Positions 47,809 through 59,197 are shown, counted from the first letter of the stretch. The stretch: DNA of 64,000 nt from an uncultured Clostridia bacterium (GCA_934184665.1 CAKPSX010000003.1:7806-71805); one strand, 5' to 3'. The notes: generated by a model not told the origin, from the sequence alone. Program-made: numbers and translations.

Positions 47809-48072
47809 TTAAAACAAATATAAATAATTATTTGTTAATATTATCAATATCATACTTATATAAATAAATGCAAATAGTGATAATCCAACAATTCCAGTTA
47901 TCATTCCTGCTTTTCCTATTTTACTTCCTGTTCTTTTAGCAGATTTAACCCCAAATATAATTGCCAATATTCCTGTTGGTAGTGTTATATACCAAAAAAG
48001 CGATGATATAATTGATACTATTCCTAATACAAGTGAAGCAATATGCATAACATTTTTATTATTTTTTTTCAT
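47809..48072 (-). CDS. DUF4190-like small membrane protein
   Basis: 87 aa with two hydrophobic hairpins around a GVKSAKRTGSKIGKAG loop. Confidence 0.65.
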   Translation of the reverse strand: MKKNNKNVMHIASLVLGIVSIISSLFWYITLPTGILAIIFGVKSAKRTGSKIGKAGMITGIVGLSLFAFIYISMILIILTNNYLYLF

Positions 48073-48084
48073 TTCTTTTTCCTC

Positions 48085-50109
48085 CTAATCTATCTTGATT
48101 TCACTTATTTGCTCTAATGTTTCTAAGTCATTTACTTTTATTGCTGTTTCTGATACTGTATATAAATTATTATCAATATATAGCCCTCTTAAAAGCTTTG
48201 ATCTTACTTGATAACTGTAGTAATTGTATTTATCACGTTTTTTTACATCATGTTTAATTATTCCTTTTAATTTAAATCCTTCTTCTATATTTATTTTATA
48301 TACTGCATAGCCTTCTGATATTCTGCTATCTTCTCTTGACGTGTACAAAGTCTGCATTGAATCATAAGTTTCTTCATTTAGTTCTGCTTCAAAGTCTTCA
48401 ACATAATTGTTTACAGGTATTGCAATCAATTCCTTTTCCTTTGAGAACAATAGTGCTTTTGGATTTGTTAAAACTGCAGAAGTAGTTCTTCTATCTCCAA
48501 TTATAGTGTTTGATATTTGCCTTGGATTATTAACATCAGATACATCAAATAAAGCCATTTTCATTCCAATAATCTTCGCTGTATTTGATATTACTTTTCC
48601 ATTTGAATCTCTTCTAATTTCTTCCTCAGTTTCAATTCCTATCCCTATTATGTGATTTTCATCATAAGGATGTATATAATTACTATATCCTGGAATTTTT
48701 AATTGTCCTAATACTTTAGGATTTTCTTCATTACTTAAATCAATAGTAAATAACGGATCAACTGTTTTATATGTTACCAAATATGCTTTATCTCCAACAA
48801 ATCTTGATGAATACATTTTTTCTCCTTTTGCCAATCTTTCTGTTTCTCCTATTGTTCTGAGGTTATTATCAAGTATTGCAACTCTTGTGCCTTCATTATC
48901 CTTTAAAGCTATTCTAAGATGTCCGTCTTTTTCATCAAGTGAATATTGGTCTACTGTCTTTCCTTTCACTAATGTTTTGGTTTGATATTTTATTTGTCCA
49001 TTTTCTAATATGTTAAATTTAAATATATTTGTGCATTCCCCTAAATTTTCATCCTCATCTTCTTTTATTCCAAGGATTCCTTTTACTCCAAATATATCTT
49101 TAATTCTATATTCATACTCATTTTTATAATCATTATATAATAAATATATATTGTTTTCTGAAACATACGCATTAGATATATCTATAAGATATGAATTTAA
49201 ATTTATATCTTGTTTAACATCATATAAATCAACTGTTGAAATTATTGTTTGTTTCTTTGTTTTAATGTCTTTCAAGTATTTTATGTCACTTAGTTTAATT
49301 TCTTTTCTAGTAGAATCCTCAATGTAATATGTATCTATTTCATTTTTTTCATCTTCATTTTCTCTTAAATTTCCTGATGATATTACATATAATTTATTAT
49401 CTATACATCTTGATGTATAGTATGGTTCAAACATTTTATATTCTTTTAAAAGATTTGGACTTGTTCTATCTTGAATATCATATATTCTTACTATAGTATT
49501 TTTTTCGCTGTATAGACTAGCATATTCAGATTCAGATATTATTATTAATTTTTCCTTAGTCAATATTAAATCTTCAGGCATACTGTTATCATTAAAATTT
49601 ATTTCAGCAGCTATTTTTATTTCTTTTGAATTTCTGACATCTGTAATTATAACTTTACTTTCTGATATAGAATATATATAATCCCCATCTGTTTTAGTGA
49701 CATCTGCTTCATCTACATTTTCCACCTGTATATTGGTTGTTGAATAATCTTTTTCTATTTTGCTTGAATTTTGCACTGTTGATACAGAATCTGATTCCAT
49801 TCTAGGTAAGGTCGATTTTAAATTAGAATTAGTAGTATTATTAGTTTTAATTTCATCAGTAAAATCATAATTATAATAATCGTAAGGCTTTTCCAGCCAT
49901 GAATTTATTGAAAATGGCATTGCAAATATCTTTAACAATCCCTCTTTAAAGTCTGTTATATCATCTCCTTTATATATTCTTTGTAATTCACTTTTTGATT
50001 TTATTTGTTGAAGTTCCTCTATATTTCTGCTATTTCTTATTAGAATCGTTGTACTTACTAGTACTATTGAAATTATAATTATTGACAATATTTTATATTT
50101 ACTTTTCAT
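48085..50109 (-). CDS. beta-propeller domain-containing secreted protein (PF09826-like)
   Basis: About 674 aa. N-terminal TM/signal sequence and repeated beta-strand blocks, with the C-terminal region DKAYLVTYKTVDPLFTIDLS...IPGYSNYIHPY typical of this family. The start is set after SD AGGTGA. Confidence 0.8.
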   Translation of the reverse strand: MKSKYKILSIIIISIVLVSTTILIRNSRNIEELQQIKSKSELQRIYKGDDITDFKEGLLKIFAMPFSINSWLEKPYDYYNYDFTDEIKTNNTTNSNLKSTLPRMESDSVSTVQNSSKIEKDYSTTNIQVENVDEADVTKTDGDYIYSISESKVIITDVRNSKEIKIAAEINFNDNSMPEDLILTKEKLIIISESEYASLYSEKNTIVRIYDIQDRTSPNLLKEYKMFEPYYTSRCIDNKLYVISSGNLRENEDEKNEIDTYYIEDSTRKEIKLSDIKYLKDIKTKKQTIISTVDLYDVKQDINLNSYLIDISNAYVSENNIYLLYNDYKNEYEYRIKDIFGVKGILGIKEDEDENLGECTNIFKFNILENGQIKYQTKTLVKGKTVDQYSLDEKDGHLRIALKDNEGTRVAILDNNLRTIGETERLAKGEKMYSSRFVGDKAYLVTYKTVDPLFTIDLSNEENPKVLGQLKIPGYSNYIHPYDENHIIGIGIETEEEIRRDSNGKVISNTAKIIGMKMALFDVSDVNNPRQISNTIIGDRRTTSAVLTNPKALLFSKEKELIAIPVNNYVEDFEAELNEETYDSMQTLYTSREDSRISEGYAVYKINIEEGFKLKGIIKHDVKKRDKYNYYSYQVRSKLLRGLYIDNNLYTVSETAIKVNDLETLEQISEIKID

Positions 50110-50119
50110 AAACATCACC

Positions 50120-50281
50120 TTATCTTTCAAATATATTTTGTTTTTCATCTAATTGTGATATAAGTATTTCTTTTATTGCATTCTCATCTAAATCAAACTT
50201 TAGACTATCTCTAAAACTGTCTTCTGGTATTTTTCCTATTTCTTCTCGTAACTTTGGTATTAATTCAGATAGTCCTAACAT
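50120..50281 (-). CDS. small acidic protein (53 aa from the ATG), unannotated
   Basis: MLGLSELIPKLREEIGKIPEDSFRDSLKFDLDENAIKEILISQLDEKQNIFER. It ends 10 nt before the beta-propeller gene start. The frame is open upstream to a strong SD (GGGAGGTG) that has no canonical start codon. Confidence 0.35.
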   Translation of the reverse strand: MLGLSELIPKLREEIGKIPEDSFRDSLKFDLDENAIKEILISQLDEKQNIFER

Positions 50282-50664
50282 TTGTAAATCTGGTATTGCT
50301 TCTAATACACCTCCCTATAAATAATATAGATTCTCTATTATGTTCATATATTATTTTATCATATATTACATATGTTCTTCAACATTTTATTCATAATTAC
50401 TTTAAGATATTGCTACTTTTTCTATGAAACACATATCTACTGCAATGTTCATTTCCTATGCTAACTAGTATAACATTCAATTTTCAGTAAGCCAATCCCA
50501 AAACAAAAATTTGTAAATATTTTTTGAATTTACTTGATTTTTTAATACGAATCTGTGTGATTCATTGCACTGATATTTTATCAAAATTATTGACTAAATG
50601 AGAAATTTAATGTATTATATATAATATTATTATATAGATATAAAGAAAAGAGGAAATTAAATTT

Positions 50665-53010
50665 ATGTTATGTTCAGAATGTAAAAAAAATACAGCAGTA
50701 GTATTTATTAACAAAATTGAAAATGGCGTTTCAACAATGGAGGGACTATGTAAAAGTTGTGCTCAAAAAAGAGGGCTAGAAGTTCCAGATGCACAACCTC
50801 AAAATAGCAATTTTAATGTTCCACCAAATATGAATAATATAGATATGACAAATATGTCAAAGCAATTAGAGTCTTTATTTAAAGATTTATCTGCAAACTT
50901 AAAGATAGAAAATCTTGAAGATTTAGAAGATCTTGATTCAGAAGAAATGGAAGAACTTGAATCAGATATGTCTAATAGTCCTATTGGCATTCCAATAGGC
51001 TCTATATTTGCAAACTTTGTTCCTAAAAATGGTCAACAAAATGAAGAAGAAAATTCTGGAAGACAAAAAGTTAAAGTTGAAAAAAAGAAAAACACTAAGA
51101 AAAAGAAGAAATACTTAGATGTATATGGAACAAATCTTACTGTAAAAGCAAAAAATAATGAGCTAGATGTTGTAGTTGGACGTGATAAGGAAATTCAAAG
51201 AGTTGTTCAAATATTAAATAGACGTACAAAAAATAATCCATGTCTAATTGGTGAACCTGGTGTTGGTAAAACAGCTATTGCTCAAGGTTTAGCTATTAAA
51301 ATAGCTAATAATAATGTGCCTGCAAAACTTTTAAATAAAGAAGTTTATTTATTAGATATGACAGCTGTTATTGCTGGAACTCAATTTAGAGGCCAGTTTG
51401 AAGCACGTATGAAAGGAATTATAGATGAATGTAAAGAATATGGCAACATTATTCTTGTAATTGATGAGATTCATAATATAATTGGTGCTGGTGATGGTGA
51501 ACATTCAATGAATGCTGCTAATATTTTGAAACCTTCCCTATCAAATGGCGAAATTCAATTAATTGGTACAACTACATTAAAAGAATATAGAAAATATATT
51601 GAAAAAGATTCTGCATTAGAAAGAAGATTTCAACAAGTATTAGTTGAAGAACCCAATATTGATGATTCAATTTCAATTTTAAAAGGTATCAAAAAATATT
51701 ATGAAGAATATCACAAAGTTAAAATATCAAATGATGTTATTAGGCAAACAGTTATAATGTCTGAAAAATACATTCATGATAGATTTTTACCAGACAAAGC
51801 TATAGATATTCTTGATGAGGCTTGTTCAAGAATAAATCTTGAAAATAAAGATTTGTTTAGATTAGAAATGCTAAAACAAGAACTTGCAAAAGTTCAAGCT
51901 CAAAAAGAAGATGCTGCAAATGCAGATTCAACTGAGGATTATCAAAAAGCTGCTGATTTAAAAACTCAAGAATGTAGATTAATTGAAGAAATAGACAAAT
52001 TAAATAGTACTATAAAATTAAAAAATCTTACTGTTCAAGATATAGCTCAAGTAATTGAAAACTGGACTAAAATTCCAGTTAAGAAAATAACTGAAGCTGA
52101 AACACAAAAATTATTAAATCTTGAAACTAATCTTCATAAGAGAATTATTGGTCAAGATGAAGCTGTAAACAGTGTTTCGCGCGCTATAAGAAGAAACAGA
52201 GCAGGTTTACAAAGTACAAAAAGACCACCATCATTCATATTTGTAGGTCCTACAGGTGTTGGTAAAACTGAGCTTGCTAAAAGCCTTGCTTATGAAATGT
52301 TTGGATCAGAGGATTCTATAATTCGTATAGATATGTCAGAATACATGGAAGGTCATTCTACATCAAAATTAATTGGTGCACCTCCAGGATATGTTGGTTA
52401 TGATGATGCAGGTCAACTTACTGAAAAAGTTAAAAGAAAACCTTATTCAATTATATTATTAGATGAAATTGAAAAAGCTCATCCAGATGTATTTAATATA
52501 CTTCTACAAGTTCTTGATGATGGTAAACTTACAGATTCTCAAGGAAATACAGTAAGTTTCCAAAATACAATAATTATCATGACATCAAATGCTGGTTCAA
52601 ACTTAAATAATAATTCAATTGGTTTTGCTAAACAAACTGTTGATGCTGGTAAGATTGAAGATAATCTAAAAGAAGTATTTAGGCCAGAATTCTTAAATAG
52701 AATTGATGAAATAATTGTATTCAATTCTCTAACAAAACCTGAATTATTAAAAATTGTAGATTTAATGTTAAAAGATACTGTAAAAGCTTTATCTGATAAA
52801 AATATTTCTTTTAATATTTCAGATGATGCTAAAAATTATATTTTGGAAAAAGGAACTAATTTAAAGTTCGGTGCTAGACCTTTAAGAAGAGCTATTCAAA
52901 GATATGTAGAAGATGAAATCTCTGAAATGATTTTAAAAGGTGAAATTAAAGAAGGTCAAACAATAAATGTTACTTTGGAAAATGATAATTTAAGATTTAA
53001 TGCAAATTAG
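50665..53010 (+). CDS. clpE: ClpE-type Clp/Hsp100 ATPase with an N-terminal zinc ribbon
   Basis: 781 aa. N-terminal CSEC...CKSC zinc ribbon, two AAA+ modules (GEPGVGKT and GPTGVGKT), and a coiled-coil linker. Confidence 0.9.
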   Translation: MLCSECKKNTAVVFINKIENGVSTMEGLCKSCAQKRGLEVPDAQPQNSNFNVPPNMNNIDMTNMSKQLESLFKDLSANLKIENLEDLEDLDSEEMEELESDMSNSPIGIPIGSIFANFVPKNGQQNEEENSGRQKVKVEKKKNTKKKKKYLDVYGTNLTVKAKNNELDVVVGRDKEIQRVVQILNRRTKNNPCLIGEPGVGKTAIAQGLAIKIANNNVPAKLLNKEVYLLDMTAVIAGTQFRGQFEARMKGIIDECKEYGNIILVIDEIHNIIGAGDGEHSMNAANILKPSLSNGEIQLIGTTTLKEYRKYIEKDSALERRFQQVLVEEPNIDDSISILKGIKKYYEEYHKVKISNDVIRQTVIMSEKYIHDRFLPDKAIDILDEACSRINLENKDLFRLEMLKQELAKVQAQKEDAANADSTEDYQKAADLKTQECRLIEEIDKLNSTIKLKNLTVQDIAQVIENWTKIPVKKITEAETQKLLNLETNLHKRIIGQDEAVNSVSRAIRRNRAGLQSTKRPPSFIFVGPTGVGKTELAKSLAYEMFGSEDSIIRIDMSEYMEGHSTSKLIGAPPGYVGYDDAGQLTEKVKRKPYSIILLDEIEKAHPDVFNILLQVLDDGKLTDSQGNTVSFQNTIIIMTSNAGSNLNNNSIGFAKQTVDAGKIEDNLKEVFRPEFLNRIDEIIVFNSLTKPELLKIVDLMLKDTVKALSDKNISFNISDDAKNYILEKGTNLKFGARPLRRAIQRYVEDEISEMILKGEIKEGQTINVTLENDNLRFNAN

Positions 53011-53053
53011 TTTTTATCATCTTCCCTCTTATGAATTGAAAGGATTTTATAAT

Positions 53054-53605
53054 ATGAAGAAAAAATATATACCTAATATATTAACAGGATTACGTTTTAT
53101 ATTAATACCATTTATATTTATATCTGTTATTCATGAAAAATATCTAACAGGTATTATACTTTTTACAATATCAGCAATAACAGATGTTTTAGATGGATAT
53201 ATTGCCCGTAAATATAATTTTGTTACTGATATTGGAAAATTACTTGATCCATTATCAGATAAGCTAACTCAAATATTCCTTCTTTTAGCCTTAGCAATTT
53301 TAAATATTTTACCATGGTGGATATTTATTATTGTTATTGCAAAAGAATGTGCTATGATTATATCTGCATCAATGCTTTATTCTAAAGAAGATGTAGTTGT
53401 ATATAGCAAATGGTATGGTAAATTAGCAACATCACTTTTCTACTTGGCAATTATATCTTCATTGATAATAAATCAATTTAATATATCTTTACCATTTAGA
53501 ATTGATTTATATTTATATTATTTAGCAATATTATCTACAATCTTTTCTTTAATAATGTATGCTGTAAAATTTAACCTTTCAAAATTTATAATGAAGAAAA
53601 AATAA
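53054..53605 (+). CDS. CDP-alcohol phosphatidyltransferase (PgsA-like)
   Basis: Motif DGYIARKYNFVTDIGKLLDPLSDK and a multi-TM topology. The start is set at MKKKYIPNILT. Confidence 0.85.
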   Translation: MKKKYIPNILTGLRFILIPFIFISVIHEKYLTGIILFTISAITDVLDGYIARKYNFVTDIGKLLDPLSDKLTQIFLLLALAILNILPWWIFIIVIAKECAMIISASMLYSKEDVVVYSKWYGKLATSLFYLAIISSLIINQFNISLPFRIDLYLYYLAILSTIFSLIMYAVKFNLSKFIMKKK

Positions 53606-53618
53606 CATTAATTATATA

Positions 53619-53665
53619 TAGACTCTAAAATGCTTATAAGCAAGATTTAGAGTCTATTTTGTTTT
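53619..53665. terminator. hairpin between convergent genes
   Basis: TAGACTCTAAA ... TTTAGAGTCTA stem followed by TTTTGTTTT. Confidence 0.65.
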
Positions 53666-53686
53666 CTGTCACAAAAAACATTTATA

Positions 53687-54286
53687 TTATTCAAAATCTT
53701 CTATAACTTTATTTAAATCTTCCTGCCCATATACTTCTAATCCATTTTGTATATTTATTAAATCAGTATCTGTCAAATACTCACTTGATATATTTGTTTT
53801 TTCATACACTTCTTCTTTTCCATCTTCATTCATTTTATATATAACTACTTTTCCATCTTCAACTTTTAATTTGAAATGCTCATTACATGACTCATCAGAC
53901 TCTTTATATAATGTAATTTTTTCTGGGCTAAAACCTATAACTTCCCATTCTGGATATTGCTCTTCCACCTCTTTTTTTGTCATATTTACGAGCTCTTTTG
54001 GAAGTTCGACATATTCATTTATAGTATGATCGCATTTTACATAATATTTTTTTAATATTAGTATCGCATTTGCTGCAACTTTTTCTTCATTTGCAGATGT
54101 AGTTTGTGTTAAATTCTCCTCAATATACTCATTCATGCAATCATCTTCAACAGTTTCTTCAGACATAAAAATATCTTTCTCAGCTTCATTATCTTTATTT
54201 TTTACACTAACTATAACATATGTTATATATAATATAACATTTATAGTTAATATTCCTGCTATTATAGCAATTGTTTTTTTATTCAT
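53687..54286 (-). CDS. membrane-anchored protein with a BofC-like C-terminal region
   Basis: 199 aa with an N-terminal TM. The C-terminal pattern (FKLKVEDGKVVIYKMNEDG ... LINIQNGLEVYGQEDLNKVIEDFE) resembles the BofC C-domain. This is a tentative call. Confidence 0.45.
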   Translation of the reverse strand: MNKKTIAIIAGILTINVILYITYVIVSVKNKDNEAEKDIFMSEETVEDDCMNEYIEENLTQTTSANEEKVAANAILILKKYYVKCDHTINEYVELPKELVNMTKKEVEEQYPEWEVIGFSPEKITLYKESDESCNEHFKLKVEDGKVVIYKMNEDGKEEVYEKTNISSEYLTDTDLINIQNGLEVYGQEDLNKVIEDFE

Positions 54287-54289
54287 AAA

Positions 54290-56780
54290 TCACCAACTCT
54301 TTTCTTTTGTTTTATTATTTACCATATTTGTTATTTTTATACATTTATTTATCTTTAAAATTATTTCTCCATTTTTATCTGTTCTATAAATGCTTATTTT
54401 ATTTTTTGTTAGTCTACCAATTACATCTTCATTTGGATGTCCGAAATTGTTATTCTCCCCTACTCCAATCAGTGCAATTTCTGGAGATACAACTTTCAAA
54501 AATTCCTCACTTGTAGATGTTTTTGAGCCATGATGCCCTACCTTTAGAATAGTTGATTTTAATTTTTCCTGATTATTTTTATATAATTTTAAAATCTCAT
54601 CTTCTGCAATTTTTTCAATATCACCTGTAAATAATACACTAAAATTTTTATATATTAATTTACATACTAATGAATTATTATTCAAAACATTTTCTGAAAT
54701 CTTATTTTTTGAGTTTGGCCATAACACATCTAAATGACAATTTTTTTCTATTTGAATTTTTTGTCCCGCTTCTACAATATTTATCACAATCTTCTTTTCT
54801 CTTACTATCTCAATGAACTTGCTATAATTTTCTGAGCCTTCAAACTGTTTTCCTATTATTATCTTTTTTACTTTAAGTTGTTCAATAATTGTCAATATTC
54901 CACCGCACATGGTCTTGGTCAAAATGACTTATTATTATCATATCTAATTTATTTATTTTTCTATTTAACAGATATGGCAATAAAATATTCTTACCTGTAT
55001 CATAAAATTGGCTGCCTCCTCCGTCTATTAAAATCTTTTTATTACAAGGTGTAACAATTAATGTTGAATCTCCTTGTCCAACATCGATAAAATAAATTCT
55101 TAAATCTGATGAAATATTAATACAGTTAGTTGATATTATTACTATTATAGTTAATATAACAATTATCTTTTTATATGATTTAATTCTATATTTAAAAAGA
55201 TAAATCATGTTCTTAATTCTTGTTTGTGTTGGAGTCTCATTTTTTATATGAAATAATTTATATAAATACATTAAAACAATAATGCAAATATAATACAAAA
55301 TAACTTGATATAAATCAGGTGTAATAACTTTCTGATATCCAAATGGTATTTTGCTACCTAATTTTGAAATATAAATTAATATATATGTTGGTAATTGAAT
55401 AATTTTAGCCATACATATTCCACATTTTATAGAAACAAATGATATTATAATTTGAATTAATCCACCAATAACTATTGCTCCTATAACTAAATTTAGCAAT
55501 AAATTTGTTATTAAAAAGGCAATTCCTATGTTATTAAATTTTAAAATTATTATAGGTGCTATTATTATTTGAGAAGAAATCGAAACTGATAAAACCTTTA
55601 TAATAGGTTCACATTTTTTCTGGATTTTCAAAAATAGATATTTCCATTTTCTATGTTTTATTTTTATACTTTTCAAGATTTTTTCTACATCTGAATTAAA
55701 AAATATTATTCCTAGTGTTCCACCATATGTAAGTAGAAAACTCACACTAAATAAACTAAATGGATTATTTAATAAAATTATCAGCATTGAAATTGCTATA
55801 TTATTTAATGTGTCATTTTTTCTGTAAAAAACAAATGACATACATGATATTATTCCCATAATACAAGCTCTTACCACTGATAAGCTAAGCCCTGTTATAA
55901 ACATATAAAATAATAAAACTATACTTGCAATTATTTTACTATTTCTTTTTCCAAATGGTATTTTAGTAATGTTTGTTATTAAAAAAATCAAATATGTAAC
56001 ATGCATTCCAGAAACTGCTAGCACATGTGATATATTACTTTCAGAAAAATCTTCTTTTATCTCTTCATCTATATTACTTGTATCTCCTAATAACACTCCA
56101 AGTATAATTCCTTGTACATCTTCATCATAACTATTTTTCACATTTTCTTTTATTTTTAATGAAGCATCATTTATAATCTTACTAAAATTCCATTTACTTG
56201 CTTTTTGCTTAACTTCAATGTTTTCCGCTTTTACAGTTCCATAAACTTTCAACGTTTTTAAATATTGCTTATAATCAAAAGCTTTATAGTTTCTGGCTAT
56301 CTGAGGCTCTTGAAATTTACCACTTATTTCTATTATATCTCCATATTCTAATTTTTGGTTTTTTTTAACATTAATATACAGATAAGTATTTTTTAATCTT
56401 TCTTCTAATACTTTTATTTTATATCTATCACTATAATCTTTTTCCATTTTATTACTTACAACTATTCCTGTAAGTTTTATATCTTCTATTCCATTATAAG
56501 CTGTTTCATATTTTTGATTTTGAACTTTAATAATGATATTTGAAATAAATGATGAAATAATAATCATCAAAATTATATTGATTTTAAAAATCATTTTTAG
56601 ATATCTAAAATATCTTTTTATTGATAAAATTCTAAATTTTTTCTTTTTATATTGTATATTGATTATAACATATATTGCAATTAAAATCGCATGAAAAAGG
56701 ACTATACTAGCTTTAAAGTATAGCCCCCATATTATACCTATAATATAACCAATCACAATTATTAAAATTGGTCTATTCAA
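54290..56780 (-). pseudogene. comEC: ComEC/Rec2 competence channel, split by a frameshift in the metallo-beta-lactamase domain
   Basis: The 632-aa ORF (competence domain plus the start of the MBL domain, ...IIISHFDQDH) and the 210-aa ORF (CGGILTIIEQ... HHGSKTS) overlap in different frames. The junction GACCATGTGCGGTGG at 54901-54915 needs a 1-nt correction to read DH-x-GG. Confidence 0.8.
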
Positions 56781-58178
56781 TTAATCTATTACTCTCCTTG
56801 CTCCTACATATCGTGAACCATAATAACTAGAATCTAATGCTGTTATTTTTACTCCGCCTTTTGGATTTGACGCATGTATAAATTCTCCCCCACCTATATA
56901 GATTCCAACATGGCCTATTGTTTTGTTTGATTCTCCATTAAATATTATTAAGTCACCTTTTTTTAGATTACTTTTTTCAACAGCCGTACCATTTTTTATT
57001 TGATCTCTTGATGATCTATTTAATGATACTCCAAAATGCTTAAATACATAAGATGTAAAACCTGAGCAGTCAAATCCTGTTGAAGGTGATGAACCCCCTG
57101 ATACATATTTATATCCAAGATAAGTTTTTGCATATTGTACAACTTCTTCACCTTTTGCAGATGATGATGTTGTCTCTGTTTTTGATGTTTCTTCTGGTTG
57201 AATTTCTGAAACTTCTCCTATTCTTTGCGAACTTGTTCCTCTTGATGTTGTTTCTGCAACTTTTGTATCAGAAATATATTTTGATGATACATATCCAATT
57301 TTTCCATCAATTTTTATTTTATACCAGCCATCTTTTTCTTCAATAATTGATACTTCATCATTTTTAGTTAAGCTATCAATTATTTCACTTGATGTATTAC
57401 TTTCTTTTCTGACTTTAAGGCTATCAGTGCTTACATATGCTTTTTTAGTAACAGTTGTATTTTCTGGTTTTTCTTCTGTTGTTGTATTTGTGTTTGTTTC
57501 TGTTTCATTAGTTGTCGTTTCTGTTGCATCATTATTTGTTTCTGGCTCTTCTGTAGTTGAGTCACTATTTTCTATTGATTTTTTCAATATATTTTTTCTT
57601 ATCCAACCCATTTCAGAATCGCTTTCTATTCTACACCAGTCATTTATTATCTCTACTGTTTTTATATTTCCACCACTAATCTCTGCTTTTTCTAATGAGC
57701 TCATATTAGGTAATGCTTTTACTTTTATTGCTTGATTAATTTTATATTCTTTATTTTCTTCAATAATTGTTGATACTTCATCTGTTCTTGGCTCTTCTTT
57801 TTCAATATTTTCTTCTACTTGTTGTGGTTGTTCAGTTTCTTCTTGTTTTGGTTCTATAGTTGTGTTTTCTTCCTGTTTTTCAACCTTTCCTTTTTCTAAA
57901 TCTATTAAGCTTTCACTAATATACCCTGTTACTTTTTCTCCTTTTTCTGAGAAACTAACTTTATACCAACCTTCTGATTGTTCTAATATTTCAACCTTTT
58001 GATCTTTGTCTAATTGTGCTACTATATTAGATTTTGTATTTGCTTCACTTCTTACTCTTACAGTTTCAGAATTGATTGTTCCTGTTGTTGCTTCAACCTT
58101 TGTACTTAGTATTATCATAGTTGTTATCATTAGTATAATTATTGCTAAGCTTTTTAAATTTTTCATTTTATACCTCAT
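56781..58178 (-). CDS. SH3b-repeat NlpC/P60 (C40) cell-wall hydrolase
   Basis: 465 aa. Signal sequence, three SH3b-like modules (GWYKV, GWIRK, GWYKI), a Thr/Glu-rich linker, and a C-terminal NlpC/P60 domain (FDCSGF ... GHVGIY). Confidence 0.88.
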   Translation of the reverse strand: MRYKMKNLKSLAIIILMITTMIILSTKVEATTGTINSETVRVRSEANTKSNIVAQLDKDQKVEILEQSEGWYKVSFSEKGEKVTGYISESLIDLEKGKVEKQEENTTIEPKQEETEQPQQVEENIEKEEPRTDEVSTIIEENKEYKINQAIKVKALPNMSSLEKAEISGGNIKTVEIINDWCRIESDSEMGWIRKNILKKSIENSDSTTEEPETNNDATETTTNETETNTNTTTEEKPENTTVTKKAYVSTDSLKVRKESNTSSEIIDSLTKNDEVSIIEEKDGWYKIKIDGKIGYVSSKYISDTKVAETTSRGTSSQRIGEVSEIQPEETSKTETTSSSAKGEEVVQYAKTYLGYKYVSGGSSPSTGFDCSGFTSYVFKHFGVSLNRSSRDQIKNGTAVEKSNLKKGDLIIFNGESNKTIGHVGIYIGGGEFIHASNPKGGVKITALDSSYYGSRYVGARRVID

Positions 58179-58279
58179 TTTATTTTATTCTTCACACACA
58201 AAACAAATGAAAAAAATTTCATTTGTTTCGTAATTATCGTATTAGATTATATACTGAATTTCCAAAAAAGTCAATTTTT

Positions 58280-59197
58280 TTATGCGTTTTTTTCTATAAG
58301 TGGCAATACTTGTTTCTTTCTTGACACTACACCTGGCATTACTGCAATATTGTCTTTTATTTCATATGTTTTACTTACAATATCTGCTCTATCTCCTAAA
58401 ACTATTGATTCTGAATTGCTATTTAATATGTCTGTTATTACAAATATAAATAATTGAAGTCCTTTTTCTGCTATTGCTTTTTTCATTTCTTCTTCAATTT
58501 TTTCTTTTCTTTTTAATATATCTGCAATATTTACAGTATTTACTTGTGCAATTATGTACTTCATTCCATTTTTATCTGCTGATTTAGCATCTAATTCTAT
58601 TAATTCTTTTTCTGTATATTTGTCCAAGTTTGTTCCTGCTTTAAGCATGTTTAATCCATATTCTTTTACATCTACATTTGCTATTTTTGCTAGTTCTTTA
58701 ACAGCTTTTACATCTTTTTCTGTAGTTGTTGGAGATTTTAAAAGTAGTGTATCTGATATTATTGCACTTAACATTAATCCTGCTATTTTAGGCTCAATTT
58801 CTATATTATTTAGTGTATATAATTCATATAATAATGTTGATGTACATCCAACTGGTTGTGCGTAGTAGAATAATGGTTCTGCTGTTCTAAAATTATTTAT
58901 TCTATGATGATCAACTACTGCATCTATTTTTGCATTTTCAATGCCTTCAACAGATTGTGTAAATTCATTATGATCTACCATAATTACTATTTGACCATCT
59001 TCTATTTTTTCTATAAATTTAGGTGTTTCTACTTTAAAATATTCTAATGCATATTTTGTTTCTTCATTTATATCACCTAATCTACATGGTATTATTTCTT
59101 CATTTCTAATCTTTTTTTGTAATTCTGCCATTGCTATGCTTGAGCAGATTGTGTCTGTGTCTGGACTTTTGTGTCCAAATACTAGTATGTTTTCCAT
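58280..59197 (-). CDS. ppaC: manganese-dependent inorganic pyrophosphatase (family II, DHH)
   Basis: The start is set at MENILVFGHKSPDTDT, after GAGGAGG. The DHH motif VDHH and the DHHA2 C-domain are present. Confidence 0.92.
   Translation of the reverse strand: MENILVFGHKSPDTDTICSSIAMAELQKKIRNEEIIPCRLGDINEETKYALEYFKVETPKFIEKIEDGQIVIMVDHNEFTQSVEGIENAKIDAVVDHHRINNFRTAEPLFYYAQPVGCTSTLLYELYTLNNIEIEPKIAGLMLSAIISDTLLLKSPTTTEKDVKAVKELAKIANVDVKEYGLNMLKAGTNLDKYTEKELIELDAKSADKNGMKYIIAQVNTVNIADILKRKEKIEEEMKKAIAEKGLQLFIFVITDILNSNSESIVLGDRADIVSKTYEIKDNIAVMPGVVSRKKQVLPLIEKNA

Noticed and set aside
47776-47823. A 15-aa plus-strand ORF (MYLIFLYISIILKQI) with an AAGGAG RBS that overlaps the 3' end of the DUF4190 gene.
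   Set aside because: It is too short, it overlaps a better-supported gene, and it has no promoter, terminator or partner RNA, unlike the 62.8-kb module.
57430-57560. Repetitive-looking ACT/GAA-rich DNA.
   Set aside because: It encodes the Thr/Glu/Asn-rich interdomain linker of the SH3b-NlpC/P60 hydrolase. It is neither an independent tandem repeat nor a CRISPR array.
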